A DNA stretch of 64,000 nucleotides from Tubiluchus corallicola (GCA_030141605.1 JAQGDQ010000443.1:1-64000); one strand, 5' to 3'; positions 27,663 to 40,673 are shown, numbered from the stretch's first letter. Notes: generated by a model not told the origin, from the sequence alone. Numbers and translations: made by a program.

Positions 27663-27888
27663 CTTTCCAAGGAATTCCAACATCCTTTAACTCAGGTAAA
27701 GCCCATGGATCAACCAGTTCTTCCTCACTTCCAGTTTTCGATTTTTCTGTTTGCTGTTCTTTTTCTGTGGGACGGCCATCTTCTACATCGTAGTTATTTG
27801 TAAATGCTGGATTTATTTCACCAAGAGATTCTCTTTTGCTCTTATATGATATTGCGCGAACTGCTTCTTTTTCCGGGATGTTCTTCAT
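27663..27888 (-). CDS. SLC34A: SLC34/NaPi-II coding exon 1
   Basis: MKNIPEKE...DPWALPELKDVGIPWK|gtaccg; DPW.LPEL...G..W is the conserved NaPi-II N-terminal motif. An acceptor (ttttcag) 4 nt upstream of the ATG implies a further 5' non-coding exon. Confidence 0.9.
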
Positions 27889-30179
27889 TTTACTGAAAAT
27901 TATGAAAATTAAGGCAAAAATTTTACAAATGTTTTACAGCAGTTTACAGACGTTTAATGTATCTATTCATTCGTTGGGAGTTCCAAAAGGATCAGAAATA
28001 GTAAAGCCAAGACAGCAACATACAATACTGAACTTATAGCAGTTTACAGACGTTTCATGTATATATTATTACAAATTCTCAATGTTGAAGAGTACCTACA
28101 ATTTAAATTAAGAATTATCAGACAATTACTCGTCACTACTGATGATTTGTAATAGTATACACACGAAACGTTTGGAAACTGTAATAAATCCAGTATTGCA
28201 TGTGGCTGTCTTCGCTTTACGATTTAAGATTAAAATAGGTCGGAACATGCATGAATGATTTTTTGATCAGGCACTGGTGTCTGATAGAGATGACACCGTC
28301 CATATTACCGGGACATTCTTCACAGATAATTAGCTTTCGATGATAACAGCTAACTTTATAAAGTAACATTACAGTCAAATGTTTATACGGCCTACTTTGG
28401 GACTGAAAAAAGTTGGGCATTAAGCGAGTTCGGTATAATAACGAGGTGCATTAATACATACATGCTTATGCAAATACAGACATTTTGTTCTGCCAAAAAT
28501 TTTTTTTTGTTCGAGCCTGGGGTTATAAATGGGGCATTATAACGAGGTTAGACTGCATATATTGTCTTAGTTCATATTGATGATGCGCATTGCACATGCA
28601 AGCTTATAAATTCTTCATTTTCTTATATGATATAACAAGAAGTAACCTAAAAATACTTCCAGATTGGCAATTAAGTGTAAATACTAGTCATAGAATCAAC
28701 TGATATTCCCAAATAATATAACATATTATCAGCTCACTAGTTTGCTTACCACTCATTCTTGCCATTCATGCTCACTATTCGTTCTCTTTTTATCTTGTCA
28801 TTCAGGAGACAAGCGATCCCATCCAATCGTTTATATGCATTGTAGCTCTAAAGTTAATGCACTAGTATTTAAAATATTAATTAACTTATAAACATGTTTA
28901 CCATCATTGTACTTGAATTGTGACTAAAACAACTGGGCGCTTTATTAACATCGAATCACTTTGAGTCTTTTGCACATCAAAAAACAGGTTAGTATACGTT
29001 TTGTGTTCCTACCCGGCTCTCAGTCTCCTTTGCTATATTTATTTTAGCATATAAGGAGCGTTTGCACGAACCCTTACAAGAAATAAAAAGGTTTACCTGT
29101 GATTTGTTCTTCAAAGTTATTTTCTTTTAACACCGTTTCCAGTAGCTAGTCGGGAACAGATGACTATTAATGTTGCAGTCCTCTTCGTTAGATTCAGTGG
29201 TTTAAAAATTGAAGAAAACACGTCGTTCATAACATGTGCTCTAGGTGTGCTTAGCACGCCGAACAATCTCAGGTGATGTGACGCAAGAGCAATGGTGCAG
29301 AAGAGCACAGATGATAGAACACAGTAAACACTAAAAACAGGTAAATCCCACTGCACCGAACATTCTTAAGACCTACACAGGTAAGCCCCGAACACTCTTG
29401 TAGGACACAGAAGGGCACAAAAATGAAAACATTAAACAACTACCTTTAAGCTTAGAATAGTTACGGGCTATTGTATCCAGAAAATCAGGTATATTGTTAG
29501 AATCAGGGTGTGTTGTTATATTCATATAAGTTACACTCGGGTAGGAAAAAGACGATTTAAGCTTACATGTATTTAGGCCAGTCAAACGACGTGCATTTTA
29601 TATGAGCTGGAATGCCATCTTAAATATTTCCTAATTGATTTACCTTTACTTTAAAGCTGCATCGGCGTCCATTTTGAATTATCTCGACCTTTAATGACAT
29701 TGAAACGCTACTTTTCTGATAGACCGTAGGCACTTTTATATCAGTATTCATGCTATTTACCGTGCTTCCTGGTTGAGTTATTTTGATTTTGACGCAGTGT
29801 TCGTGACCATTTTGTATTTAAAGCCCCATTTTTTTGCTCCAACTTCTCCAAAGTAAATTTCAAGGGATTTTGAATATATTATTCTGGATGACATTCTGGG
29901 CGTCTGTGCAAAAATTTAGCTTTACACTATTTTTGTCCAGGTTATCCGGGTCGTATCTAAATCTTGCAATTAGTTTTTTACAGCTGACTGATTATTTTAC
30001 ATGTGGTTGCCAAAAAACCTAATGCTGAAGATGAGAAACCAAAATACTAGGCCTAATTTAATAACTTTTGTGTTTTACAAGTCGCATCTATATATTAATG
30101 TTCTTGGTATATATGTAAGATTCGAGGCTACAGCTCCGACGAGGGCACCATTTGCGGCTCCTCTTATTACCAAAACGAG

Positions 30180-30510
30180 AAAATAAATATGATGATATTA
30201 CACCTTTTTAATAGAGTTACGTTGGCTGCCTATGAAGTTCCGAATTCAATTTAAAATTCTTTGTATCATCTTCAAAACATTAAATGGCTTGGCACACGCA
30301 TGATCTTTTGATATGTCGTAACATAGCCCAAACACTTTGTTGTAATGCTAATGAACAGAATAATTTACATCAGCCAATTCCTAATACAGTATTTTATGGT
30401 GAGAAAGCATTTTCTGCCTGTGCTCCGCACTCTCTGGAGTAACTTCCCTGTTGCTATATGTTCTGCAGATTCATTGGATTCTTTCAAACAACATCTAAAA
30501 CACGTTTGTT
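30180..30510 (+). mobile_element. Decayed L2/CR1-group LINE 3' fragment
   Basis: YDDITP../LIELRWLPMKFRIQFKILCIIFKTLNGLA, then RAF/APxLW...SLDSFKQHLK-type motifs, with frameshifts. Confidence 0.7.
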
Positions 30511-31045
30511 TAGATTGTACTTTTTATGATGAATAATTTTTTTTTATTTTTAAATTAAATTGTAGTTTGAATTTTCTACATTTTAAATGTATTTTATTGT
30601 TCAGCGAGCTGAGATTTTAAATGATGTAGTGTGCTATGTAAATAAGTTTTTCATTACATTACATTACATATAAGAATAATAACTGGTATTACGTAGTATA
30701 GGCCTCTAAACTGCTTTCCTCGTAATTAATCATCGCACCCTGGCTCTTGGATAGCTGCCAAACTGGCTTTTCTAGGATTCTGAGCATACACGACTTTTCA
30801 GGAAGTGGTTCCCTGGAAAACAGTTATCAATCGTGTAATTATCGTGTAACATAAAGTATGTCCTCTGCACAGTTTTTAACTAAGCAAATTTGTAAAATGA
30901 TAGCGTAAAATGGTAGATTAAATAGATGGAAATGCTGATTATTCACAGTTAAAACTTAGGTATTTTGTACTACAACTTATAATGTAACTTCCGTACATTA
31001 TGAAGCGTCTGTTAGAACGGTGGAGAAACGCGTAAGTTAAATTAA

Positions 31046-31263
31046 TTTTTTCCTGTGCCATTTTTACCTACTTTTCAATTTGTGCCTTTTTCCATGCGCC
31101 ATTTTTACCGTGCCATGTTTTCCTGCGCTATTTTTCCTGTGCAATTTTTGCCTGTGTCATTTTTACCTGCCTTTCCATTTGTGCCATTTTTCATGTGCCA
31201 TTTTTACCTGTGCATTTTTACCTACTTTTCCATTTGTGCCATTTTTCATGTGCCATTTTTCCG
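31046..31263. repeat. Tandem degenerate ~15-17-bp repeat (tttttcctgtgccat)
   Basis: About 13 copies of a tgtgccattttt-type unit; produces the spurious ORFs 31055/31080. Confidence 0.85.
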
Positions 31264-32799
31264 TCACCTCTGCTCGTATTTATATGTATGATGTGCACTA
31301 ACGTGTTCCCTATTGTAGCAAATTTATTAAGCTAAAATTTTTTACTAATATTAGTACAGTATGTAATATCCAATGGTACGTAACATTTCAATACAAAGTT
31401 ATTATTACCAGACTTGCCAAAACCGAAGATTTCCTGTCTTGTCTGTTGATATCATGTGTGATCAACACCGAACTAATCTTTATAACTTGATTTGATTTAA
31501 TGAAGCTTGTTTTTCATTCGAATCTTCAAACGTAATATTTATAAAGGCAATGATTAGGCATAAAGCGGTGGGATCAACCATATTTCGGGTTATTATAATA
31601 AGCTTTTATAGATCTGTTATTCCTACCGTACTTTCAGCATAACATCATTTTTTAGAGTTTATTCAATACTCCTTAATTCCGGGCTCAACTTAATTTGTAA
31701 TATAAAGAATTTAATAAAATGGTTTCTTTAAAAAAATCGAAAGTACTCAGTGGCGTATCTAGGGTATGGCAGGTGCCCTGGGTGCCCCTTGAGAGGAATG
31801 CCACTCAGCAGTTTCTGAAAAAAATGAATTGCCATTTATGCTCAGCAGCACCTGACAGTAAGGTCATTGTCTTGCAAAAACTAGAGAAGAAAGGAGAAGA
31901 GAGAGAAGAAAACTGACTTTGAGCACATCTTAGACCATTTGCATCAGCAAAAGCAAAGACGGTGCAATTGTAATTTTTATTCTGTACCATTATTAATGAG
32001 CTGTTAATTTGATCTAAAAAGAAATGAAAAAATTCAGTGAGTTATGGGAGTCAAAGTGTGAGCACATCTTTTTTGGACACCTGTATTCCACGTTACTAAT
32101 ATTTTTTTACTATCCAAATGACACATGATTTTCACTTTTCAGCATTAATTTTACAGTCTAATTTTCATAGTTTGGGTATTTCTGGCTTAAGTAGATTTTA
32201 GTTTAATTTTTGTTCTGCTGAAACTTTCTGTCAGTTGTAAACAATATATAATACATAGTCTTAGGTCTTAGATATATATATATATATATATATATACAAG
32301 TTTTGAACAAAAGTCTTATGTAAAGCATAAATATATATTTGAATAAAACTTTGATTTACTGAAGGGTGGTTGGATTTGGTTATTTTCCTTAAAAGTCTCA
32401 TGCTTATTACATGTTTACCTCAGATCAATTCGCTATTCCATTCCAAGTCCTTTGAATCCCTCTTCGATTAATTCATTCATTCATGTTATAATACTCTCTA
32501 GGTATATTTGGATAAAATAAATAAAAGTGAAAGATTGGTGTCAGATGTTTGGACAAGGCACAATTTCAGTGCTTTCCCTAGGCGGTATTTTCCATAGGTA
32601 GTGAAAGTGGTGCCACTCAGCATTTGCAAGAAATCATTTCTTAAATAGGTCTTAATAATTATAATAACTGTTAATTGGTGATCAATGTCACAGTAAACAA
32701 CTAAATTGAGGTGACCTTTTAACCGAGCTCTGCTGTGGTGAATTGCTGAGTTACATAAATATGACAAGAAAATGATTTTTTTTTGCAATATATTTTTAG

Positions 32800-33049
32800 G
32801 GAGTGGTGTCACATAAAGTAGCTCCACCTTGCAGACTATCTTCTGTGAAGGTAGGATCTATTACCAGTTCCAAGGACACTGAAAAAATATATGAACTTCG
32901 GATTTATGACATAAAACCGAAGTACTTTAAAAGCTTTCTAGAATTTACAACGAAAAATCTACATATTCGCCTAAAGCACTCAAGATGTTTGGGCTTTTGG
33001 TTCAATCACTTTAATGGTTTTAACCAAGCTCTACATTTGTGGGATTTTG
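32800..33049 (+). CDS. NIPSNAP3: NIPSNAP-family protein (NIPSNAP3-like), first identified coding exon
   Basis: tttttag|GVVSHK...KIYELRIYDIKP...LGFWFNHFNGFNQALHLWDF|gtaaga; YELR.Y.IKP and G..N...H.W are NIPSNAP domain motifs. The ATG-bearing exon is unresolved (candidate ATG|gtacgt at 31373). Confidence 0.85.
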
Positions 33050-33985
33050 GTAAGAATTATATATTTTATATCATGTTACTTCTGTTTTGAGATTCTTGCC
33101 TTATTTACTTTGCAATTTTCGTGACCATTTAGGGTGTCAGAAACTTACCGCTTTACCTGAGTTCTGCTGTCACTCTAGTTACCCATTGCCAGTCAAAGTT
33201 CATCCATATCCATTTGTTAATTCAAGCTTTCTTACTCACATACCATTGAAATATAAGTATATGCATTTATGATCTGGACTTTTGCTGTATGGTTTATTGT
33301 GTTGTAGTCAGTGAACCATTGTCATAGAGTCTTAGAAGAAATTTGGCCATTCTTAGCTAGAAGCTTGCACATTTGTTTTTTACACTCACAAGGTAGTGTA
33401 ATTGTTATTATTTGTATTGATATAATAATATATTTTCAATGAATAAGTGAAAAATTGTCCTAGTTTATTTTTAGGTTTCAAAAATAGAGGTTTTTCATAG
33501 TTTACAAAAATTTCAAACATGGTCGACCTGCTAAACTTCATACCTTAACTGCATATTTATCTAACCTATAAGTCAATATTTAGCTAATATATGGAGTATA
33601 GATCATTTATCGAAATTGCTAAAAATACTTCCTTTTACATTATTGTACTTTAGCAGTACAGCTGTCAGTGCTGATATAATGCATGCCAATATGGACCCAG
33701 CCATGCATACTTTGAATCTGGGCTATAATTAGACTCAAACATGGTCATGCTTGGCCATTACTCTGAGTCTAAGCTTCTTTTTAAAGGTTTGTCCCAATGT
33801 CTTTGTCATTTTTAAGCATTTTCAAAAGATCTTGTTATCAGCATCTAATAATGATTTCCAATTATACGAGTCTTATCTTTTAAAACGTATAATTTACATC
33901 TCTTGTGGCATTTATGTACATTGTTTATTGGCATTTTGAAGTTTTATGAAGTTTTATAGTAGCAAATTTTCTTTTTACTTCTTAG

Positions 33986-34147
33986 ATTCATATGCTCATC
34001 GAGCAGAAATACGAGCATCAATTGCAGCTGATAAAGAAATGAATGAGCACTTTTTACCTCCAATTCTCGGTATGCTGCATCGGCAAGATAACAGAATCCT
34101 CAGACTTGTTCCTGAAACAACAGTTGCCTACCCAGAAAAATCTGCTG
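33986..34147 (+). CDS. NIPSNAP3: NIPSNAP-family exon
   Basis: cttag|(D)SYAHRAEIRASIAADKEM...QDNRIL...YPEKSA|gtagcc; phase 1 to 1. Confidence 0.85.
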
Positions 34148-34260
34148 GTAGCCATTATATAATATTTTCATGCAAATTGTCTTAGCAATACTTTTCTGTC
34201 ATTGTGTCAAGTTGTACTACCTTTACTGGCAAATTGCATTTCTGTTATGTTAATGTATCC

Positions 34261-35150
34261 GTTACAGGCAATTTGTAAAACTTAGACATTTTATGAAATG
34301 CCTAGACGTTTTATATAATGCCTATGCATTTTGGGAAAATTGTGAAATAAAGCTTTTGTTGCAACTCTTTAACACTTTGCCTAGACCTTTTGTGTAATGA
34401 CTAAGATTTACATAAAATGCATAAAGTGACTTTGGCAATATGTAAAATGTACATAATTAATATTGAATCAAACTTTTACTGACCGATCAGTTAATTGTTT
34501 TAGTATAGGATTATTACATATTTAGGATTCATTAAAATTCTTACGAACAATTTTTAACAAGCTTTTTGCGTGTAGGAATGTTTTTAGTGCTACACACAGA
34601 TTTATTTAGCCAGTTTTAATTCATTTTTTTTAAATTTGTAACTTTACACAAGGTGTAGAACTTCACATATACAATTTTGCATGATGTGTACAGTTTAAAT
34701 AGCTATTCTAGTGATGTCATAGGAGAAGAAGAGGGTAATAATAGAAGTTTGGTACGCAGAGAATAAATTTCTCTCCCTCTCTCTCCCTCTCTCTTGCTGT
34801 TTCTCTCCTTATCTCTCTCCCTATCCCTCCCTCCCTCCTTCTCTCTATCTCTCTTCTCCCCATCCACCCATTTATCTACCTATTTGTCTGTCTGTTTGTC
34901 TGTTTATCTGTCTATCTACCATCAGTACCTATCTATCCAACCGGCCAACTAAACAACTAATAGAATTCAAATTCACACATTCCCTAAAATAAAATTGGCA
35001 ATATATAAAACACTAGGAAAAGTGTATTCAAAACCTAACAATTACACACTTTGCCTAGACAAAGTTTTGCATTATATATAATGCCTAGGAAAAGTGTAGA
35101 AGAAACAATTTTAGACACTTTGCCTGGTTTGTTTTGGTACTACCTGTAAC
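34261..35150. mobile_element. Degenerate non-autonomous element with short TIRs and gcctagac sub-repeats, in a NIPSNAP intron
   Basis: GTTACAGG at 34261 and CCTGTAAC ending at 35150; many tgccta(g) units near both ends; CT-rich microsatellite inside. Confidence 0.45.
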
Positions 35151-35252
35151 ATATCTACAATTTTGCATGATTGTCGCACTGGCATCAGTTTTTAAATGTT
35201 ATTTTACTAACTAAGCCATTCACTGGATAATTTAATTTAATTTATATTCTAG

Positions 35253-35408
35253 GTGTATATGAGTTAGTTACTTACAAGATGAAGCCAATTCTTCCGTCCT
35301 GGTTGCCAAAGGTTCCAGAAACTGTGGAAAAAATGCAAAGTGCTTTGAAGCCATTTGACGCAAAAATACTTGCTGCATTTGTAACGGAGTTTGGCCCAGT
35401 AAATGAAT
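35253..35408 (+). CDS. NIPSNAP3: NIPSNAP-family exon (second NIPSNAP domain)
   Basis: ttctag|(G)VYELVTYKMKP...AFVTEFGPVNE|gtgagt. Confidence 0.88.
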
Positions 35409-35881
35409 GTGAGTTTAATTTTATTTTCAGAAGATCATCATTAGAAAATCCTAATGTTAAATTTTTATTAAACGGAGAGTGAAATTTTCCTGATACTCAG
35501 ACATTTTTTATTTTTTCTGTTAGTTACTAAATTGAAAACAGATACTTAATTGTATATTCTAACAGAAAAAATACATAATGCACAAAAATAAAGAAAGTCT
35601 CCTGTTTTTATAGCTTTTTGCTAGATTGATGATATCGTCTTGAACCTAGCATGCTTGCTGAATTGTAATGTATCTTCTGTTGGTGTTGGTCATTTATTTT
35701 ATATGCTGTCATTTGTGAGAGGTCTAATAGTTATCGCTCACAAATATTGATTCACTACTTTTTGCTCTTTGTTTGATGTAGGTAGTTACAATTTTACATT
35801 GATGTTGCTTTCGATGTACTGCAGAGTCATAAAATTTCTGCAGTGTCATGAAATAATATTGTAAATTCTTTTTGCTTTCAG

Positions 35882-35968
35882 TGTTATATCTAGTCAACTT
35901 TCAAAATTTTGACAGCCGTGCCAAATGCTATGGAACAATCATGAATAACATTGAATTCGTGCAAATGG
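35882..35968 (+). CDS. NIPSNAP3: NIPSNAP-family exon ending in a GC donor
   Basis: tttcag|(L)LYLVNFQNFDSRAKCYGTIMNNIEFVQM G|gcaagt; in frame with both neighbours. Confidence 0.75.
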
Positions 35969-37233
35969 GCAAGTTTTGAAAAATTTACTTTTTATATTTG
36001 TTAGTAATTGTTGACATTTTAGAGGAGTTAGAACATAAGTATTGTGAACATGTGCGTAAGAAAGATTAACTTCATGCAACATCAGCTGTGTAAACTGTTA
36101 GATGATTTTTTGAAGTCGACCTTTTGGTAGATTTAAGAAGTTTTGTTCAGGCTCTCAATAAAAACAGTCAGTTCTTTGTTAATGTTTATAGGAAGTATGT
36201 TATGTTACTTTACAAATTACGTGGTTTGCCATTTAAACACTGCGCAAAGAAATGTAAATCAGTAGTACTGTGTATGAACCAGTAGTGCTAAATTCATTCT
36301 AAACTAGTTCTCAGTTGGAAAAGCCTTTATAGGCATATACACATCCACTTTTAGCCTAATTATAAAAATAATTATTCACCAATGCTTCAATATTCTCTGC
36401 TTCGGAGCCTGTGTTATTTCGTTGAAGTGCTTATTTTTGTTTTGGTGAAAAACAATGTAACAACCACTTATCAGTTTTAACCAATTTAACATCCAGAATT
36501 CATCTATTTGCCAAAATTGTCCTCAAAACCATCCAGAATTCATTCCTGATCAGGTTTTGTCAAAATTGGCTTCAAAAAGCGCTATAATTCAGAAAATGCC
36601 CCAGACACCTAGCAGTTGTGCCCAGTGGCCTCTGTAACTGCCACTACAAACTTGTGTGCATATTTTAGCCATATTGTAGTTTGTTCATTTTATCATTTTA
36701 GCTTCTAAACAAAGTAAGTACAAATGTGTAATTACAATATTTCAGTACATTTCTCCTTCAAGACAGTTTCACTCATTAGAAAATGTTGAATTGTCTTTAC
36801 ATTTTGCTACCATCTTTCGCAGTAAGAGCCCGGTCCTCCCTCTGTATTTGATATCAAAAAACAACCATTTTTTGCATTCTCTATGGGAATCATGCCTGCA
36901 TGACTTTAGACAAACTTTGCTCAAGATTAGTTTACATAAAGCAGAAGAATGATTCATAATAATTTTTGTCGATAGTTGTTGTTTTTATTTTCTTTTCTTT
37001 TGTGTAGTGCATTTTTATAGCTATTAGTATAGCTTTGACATTGTTTGTTTTTTGGGCCTTTTTCTCATTTCTACTGAGTGATTGAATTATAATTTGTGAA
37101 TTTGAAATACTTTTCCTTTGTGAGTTTGTAATAACAAAATCTGAAAGGACAATTTATTTTAAGAAACCATTTTGTGTTTTTTGCGTTTGATGCTATTATA
37201 CCATAAAAATTTCAATGTCTGTTTTCATTTTAG

Positions 37234-37316
37234 CCCAAGATTGGTCGGAATTGATCAGAGATGCACACAATAAAGGAATGACTCCTTGTCCCGGAATTTC
37301 ACTTCCATTTAACTAG
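37234..37316 (+). CDS. NIPSNAP3: NIPSNAP-family last coding exon
   Basis: cattttag|(A)QDWSELIRDAHNKGMTPCPGISLPFN-TAG; M.P...S.P resembles NIPSNAP C-termini; AATAAA at 37562. Confidence 0.72.
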
Positions 37317-38564
37317 TTTTGTAACCTAAGTGAGCATACTTACAGGGATGCATTTGTATTTTGTTTATATGATATGAGATTATTAGTAATTTAAAACAAA
37401 ATCTATGTAAGCCAGTAGCCTTATACAATTATTAGATTTTCCATGTATGGCAAAATTATGTATTTAGGTTGCTTGACTTTTTTGTTATCTGAATGAACAT
37501 TTTTTATTCCCCAAGTAACATATTTTTATTTTGTTTTGATATGGCTAAACAGGTGACAATCAATAAACTTTGTGTTAACTTGTAATCCAAGGATCCTGGT
37601 TCAAAATCAGGCTTAGTTCAGACTTTTTACACTTCCCAGCTGTTGGTCACATTTGGTTTCAAAATGTAGCATTTAAGAGTTGGTTTATTTTATCTGATAT
37701 TAATAATTTTGAAATTAACTTTATAGTTAATTAATTAATTGCTTTAGGCCACAAATTGCTTACAGAAGAGTAGAGTATGCTGAAATGGACCCACATTTAT
37801 TAAATTTAATTGAAATGTGAGAAATGTGCAATAAGTGAAGATTAAGTCTAGATTTAAATCAGTGACATTGCATCACCAGTGCAACATCACATTTACATGT
37901 TGTACAATTATAGTGAGTTAATTTGAACATAGTTAATGATTAAAAAATTTTATAAATATATGCAAATCTCAGATTGCCATAATATTATAATTTTTTAAAA
38001 ATAAATTTTTTGACAGTTCGTTTTACATATTGTGGCTTTTGATAAAAATATAGATGTTTAGATGATTATATTAAATCATAGCGACAAAATTGTCACAAAA
38101 ATAATGAGTAAACACTTTTCAAAATTTGCATAAGTGCAGTATACTTTAAGTATACTTTAAAAATATAAAAACTGCCAGGTAGTTTGAGGAACTTAGTAAA
38201 CAGTTGCTAAAACTGTTGATTGTAAACACTTCAAGCTAAAATACTGTTGTTCTTAATTTAGTTATTAACCTATTGATCTATTTTGGTACACGTATAATAT
38301 AATAGAATTTTGCTAATAGTGCAATTTGAATGAAACTGCCAGAGTGTCAAGCATCAGAACTCAACTACATTGGAAACGTAAACTGCTTAAGAATCATCTG
38401 AAATGAAATTTATAAGTATAAAATTATATTAAGTTCTGCATTTGTTTCCAAACCTGCTGTGAACCTTTTCCAAAAGTATAGTCATAAACTTGTTTCAAAG
38501 CTTGCACACTCACTGAGCATGCTTAGACAATAATTACCAACATTTCAAACGCACAATTTAATAA

Positions 38565-38939
38565 CAGGATTCCAACATTCAGGGAAAATTCTTGAAAATA
38601 CAGGCTATCCTATAAACTCGGAAAAAGATAATTTGGTAAAAGTAAGTGATATTGGAAGGGATATTGCAAAAATAATTACTGTGAACTGATATTTTCCAAA
38701 TATATATTTTTAGAGATTTGTGTTCAAATAAAATTTTGCTATGGCAGGGTCCCAGTTTCGATTTCTGTTCCAAAAATAATGATTGGCCGACACATTATAT
38801 CAGTACATGTATGAATGTCCATACACAAAAATGTACGAATACATGTATGTATACTAATAATGCAATTTCTGCTTATCTTGGTCACGGAAAATCAATATAT
38901 GGTCAGGGAAATTTATTTTAAAATTCTCTGGGAACCCTG
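38565..38939. mobile_element. CAGGG-terminated MITE between convergent genes
   Basis: Left CAGGATTCCAA and right TGGGAACCCTG form an imperfect TIR; internal cagggaaa motifs near both ends. Confidence 0.55.
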
Positions 38940-39444
38940 TAATAAATATTTGAATTCAAATGGAGCTGAAATATGGAATACCTGGGATTAGGAACGAGAA
39001 GCACTCACACACATTCCAGCACTCGATTACATCCCAGCGGTAAAGCAAAAGTTAATGACTGTTTTTTAAGTTTTACAATGGCAATGCCTTCTTAGCAAGT
39101 GAAGTGAAACGAACAGCCGAGTTGTCTCGGTAACTGAAGTTAAATGTGGTACAAAAGCTGGTAAATGGTTAGACGATCCCATGGTTCGAAACTCGCTTTG
39201 GAAATTTCATTTGCCATGTTGATTTGAGCTGTTTCATCTCACCTCCAAATATGGCTAATCAGTGTCTCATCTTAGACTCTAGAGGCTTATTCCTGGTAAT
39301 GATCCAGAATCCATTCATCCCAATCACTATCATAGAGTAGTCAATATTCTGTAGTCAGTAGTCTGGATGTGTGCATAGGTGTATAAAAAGATATTCATTA
39401 TTGCGAAACATAGGAGCTAGAACTACAATACTGATTTTAAAAGT

Positions 39445-39516
39445 TTTATTTCCAAGACTAGAATATATAGTATTAGTATATTTAATATGCCTTTTACATA
39501 AATAAGTAAATAAATA
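39445..39516 (-). promoter_or_regulatory. 3' UTR AU-rich element cluster and poly(A) signal of the cytokine-like gene
   Basis: The minus strand reads UAUUUAUUUACUUAUUUAU (three AUUUA at 39499-39515), followed by AAUAAA at 39450-39445. Confidence 0.55.
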
Positions 39517-39658
39517 TATTTTTATGCAAGAAAACTTGCTAATAATAAAATTTACAGAAGCACTGTATATACATCTTTGGTTTAGAGTCAACAATCTAAT
39601 GACTTCATGAACATGTTGCGTAATATTTTCCACGGTCAGAATGAAATGTGTTTATACA

Positions 39659-39826
39659 CTAAGGCTGTCTTAAATGTTTTATTCTTTGCAAAGCTGTCTT
39701 CCATATGCTTAGCTGATGTTCCAGTCGATTTAAATATAAATAAGTCGCATCACGCATTTCTGAATCACTTGCTTCATCCTGGATAAACACAGCTGAAGAT
39801 ATAGTAGTCGTTGAGGGAACTACTCC
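39659..39826 (-). CDS. Putative long-chain four-helix cytokine (IL-6/G-CSF-like), exon 5
   Basis: tttttattttag|GVVPSTTISSAVFIQDEASDSEMRDATYLYLNRLEHQLSIWKTALQRIKHLRQP-TAG; 168 nt, phase 0; amphipathic helix D. Confidence 0.8.
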   Translation of the reverse strand, partial: GVVPSTTTISSAVFIQDEASDSEMRDATYLYLNRLEHQLSIWKTALQRIKHLRQP

Positions 39827-40502
39827 CTAAAATAAAAATGTGCAGTTACATTAAATATTTGTACTTCATTACAAACTGACACAATGTGCACAACCTTTGG
39901 CACAAAACAATAACATTAAAATTTACTTTTTAATAATAGGCTGCTATTTGCTAAGTAGTAGCAATACTATTTTTTTCAATTTTTAAACTCATTACTTAGT
40001 TTGTTTGATTGCAAGCATCTTTTATTTACATCTGACTGGTTCATGTTTGGGGTATGTCACTTACCATGTTCATATATGAACAAGGATAGCAACTTCTGGT
40101 AGAATAGACTTTTCTTGTAATTTCTTTTATTTTGTAGTTTTTGGATTGCAAAATAAATTTCCAGTTTAATAATTTTTAGTAAAATAACGATGAACAAACA
40201 GTGTGTAGTTATATGTGACTCTAACCATTGGTCCAAATTTTTCAAAACATGAACTGATACTTATATTGCCAGATAGGTTTTGATACTGTGTCACATAGAT
40301 AGTACTACACCTGTTACAAAAGGATTTCTAGTAGCTTCTGAAGATGGCTAAGCACACACTACATGTATGAGCATTTGCAAGAGCTGAGAGTCTAGTGAAC
40401 ACTTTAAACCACTCAGCCTCGCTCTTAAGCCAGCAAAGTATTAATAGATACCTAGTTCTATCAGTGCCTATTGTTCAGTTAATTCAAACTGTTCAGACTC
40501 AC

Positions 40503-40673
40503 CAATTCATTTTCCATGTCATATGAAGACGTCCAGTCTGCCAGTGTGCTGCGTAACACAACAAGACGCTCTTTTACTTTTTGCCGTTGTTCAAAAGATA
40601 AACTAATACGTGTGGCATCTAATACGTGAATGTATGCTCCTAATGCTTGCAGACTTTCTGCACATAACTGTAC
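40503..40673 (-). CDS. Putative IL-6/G-CSF-like cytokine, exon 4
   Basis: attttag|VQLCAESLQALGAYIHVLDATRISLSFEQRQKVKERLVVLRSTLADWTSSYDMENEL|gtgagt; 171 nt, phase 0 to 0; helices B and C. Confidence 0.82.

Noticed and set aside
31046-31263. CRISPR-like array
   Set aside because: Eukaryotic context, degenerate tandem units without unique spacers, no cas genes.
39120-39200. tRNA gene (B-box-like GGTTCGAAAC at ~39183; similar at ~37597)
   Set aside because: No cloverleaf can be folded; at most decayed tRNA-derived SINE heads.
40065-40095. Extra 31-nt exon (ag|KLLSLFIYEH G|gtaagt) in the cytokine-like gene
   Set aside because: Inclusion shifts the frame and gives a premature stop in exon 5; the strong donor may be cryptic and cannot be supported without RNA data.
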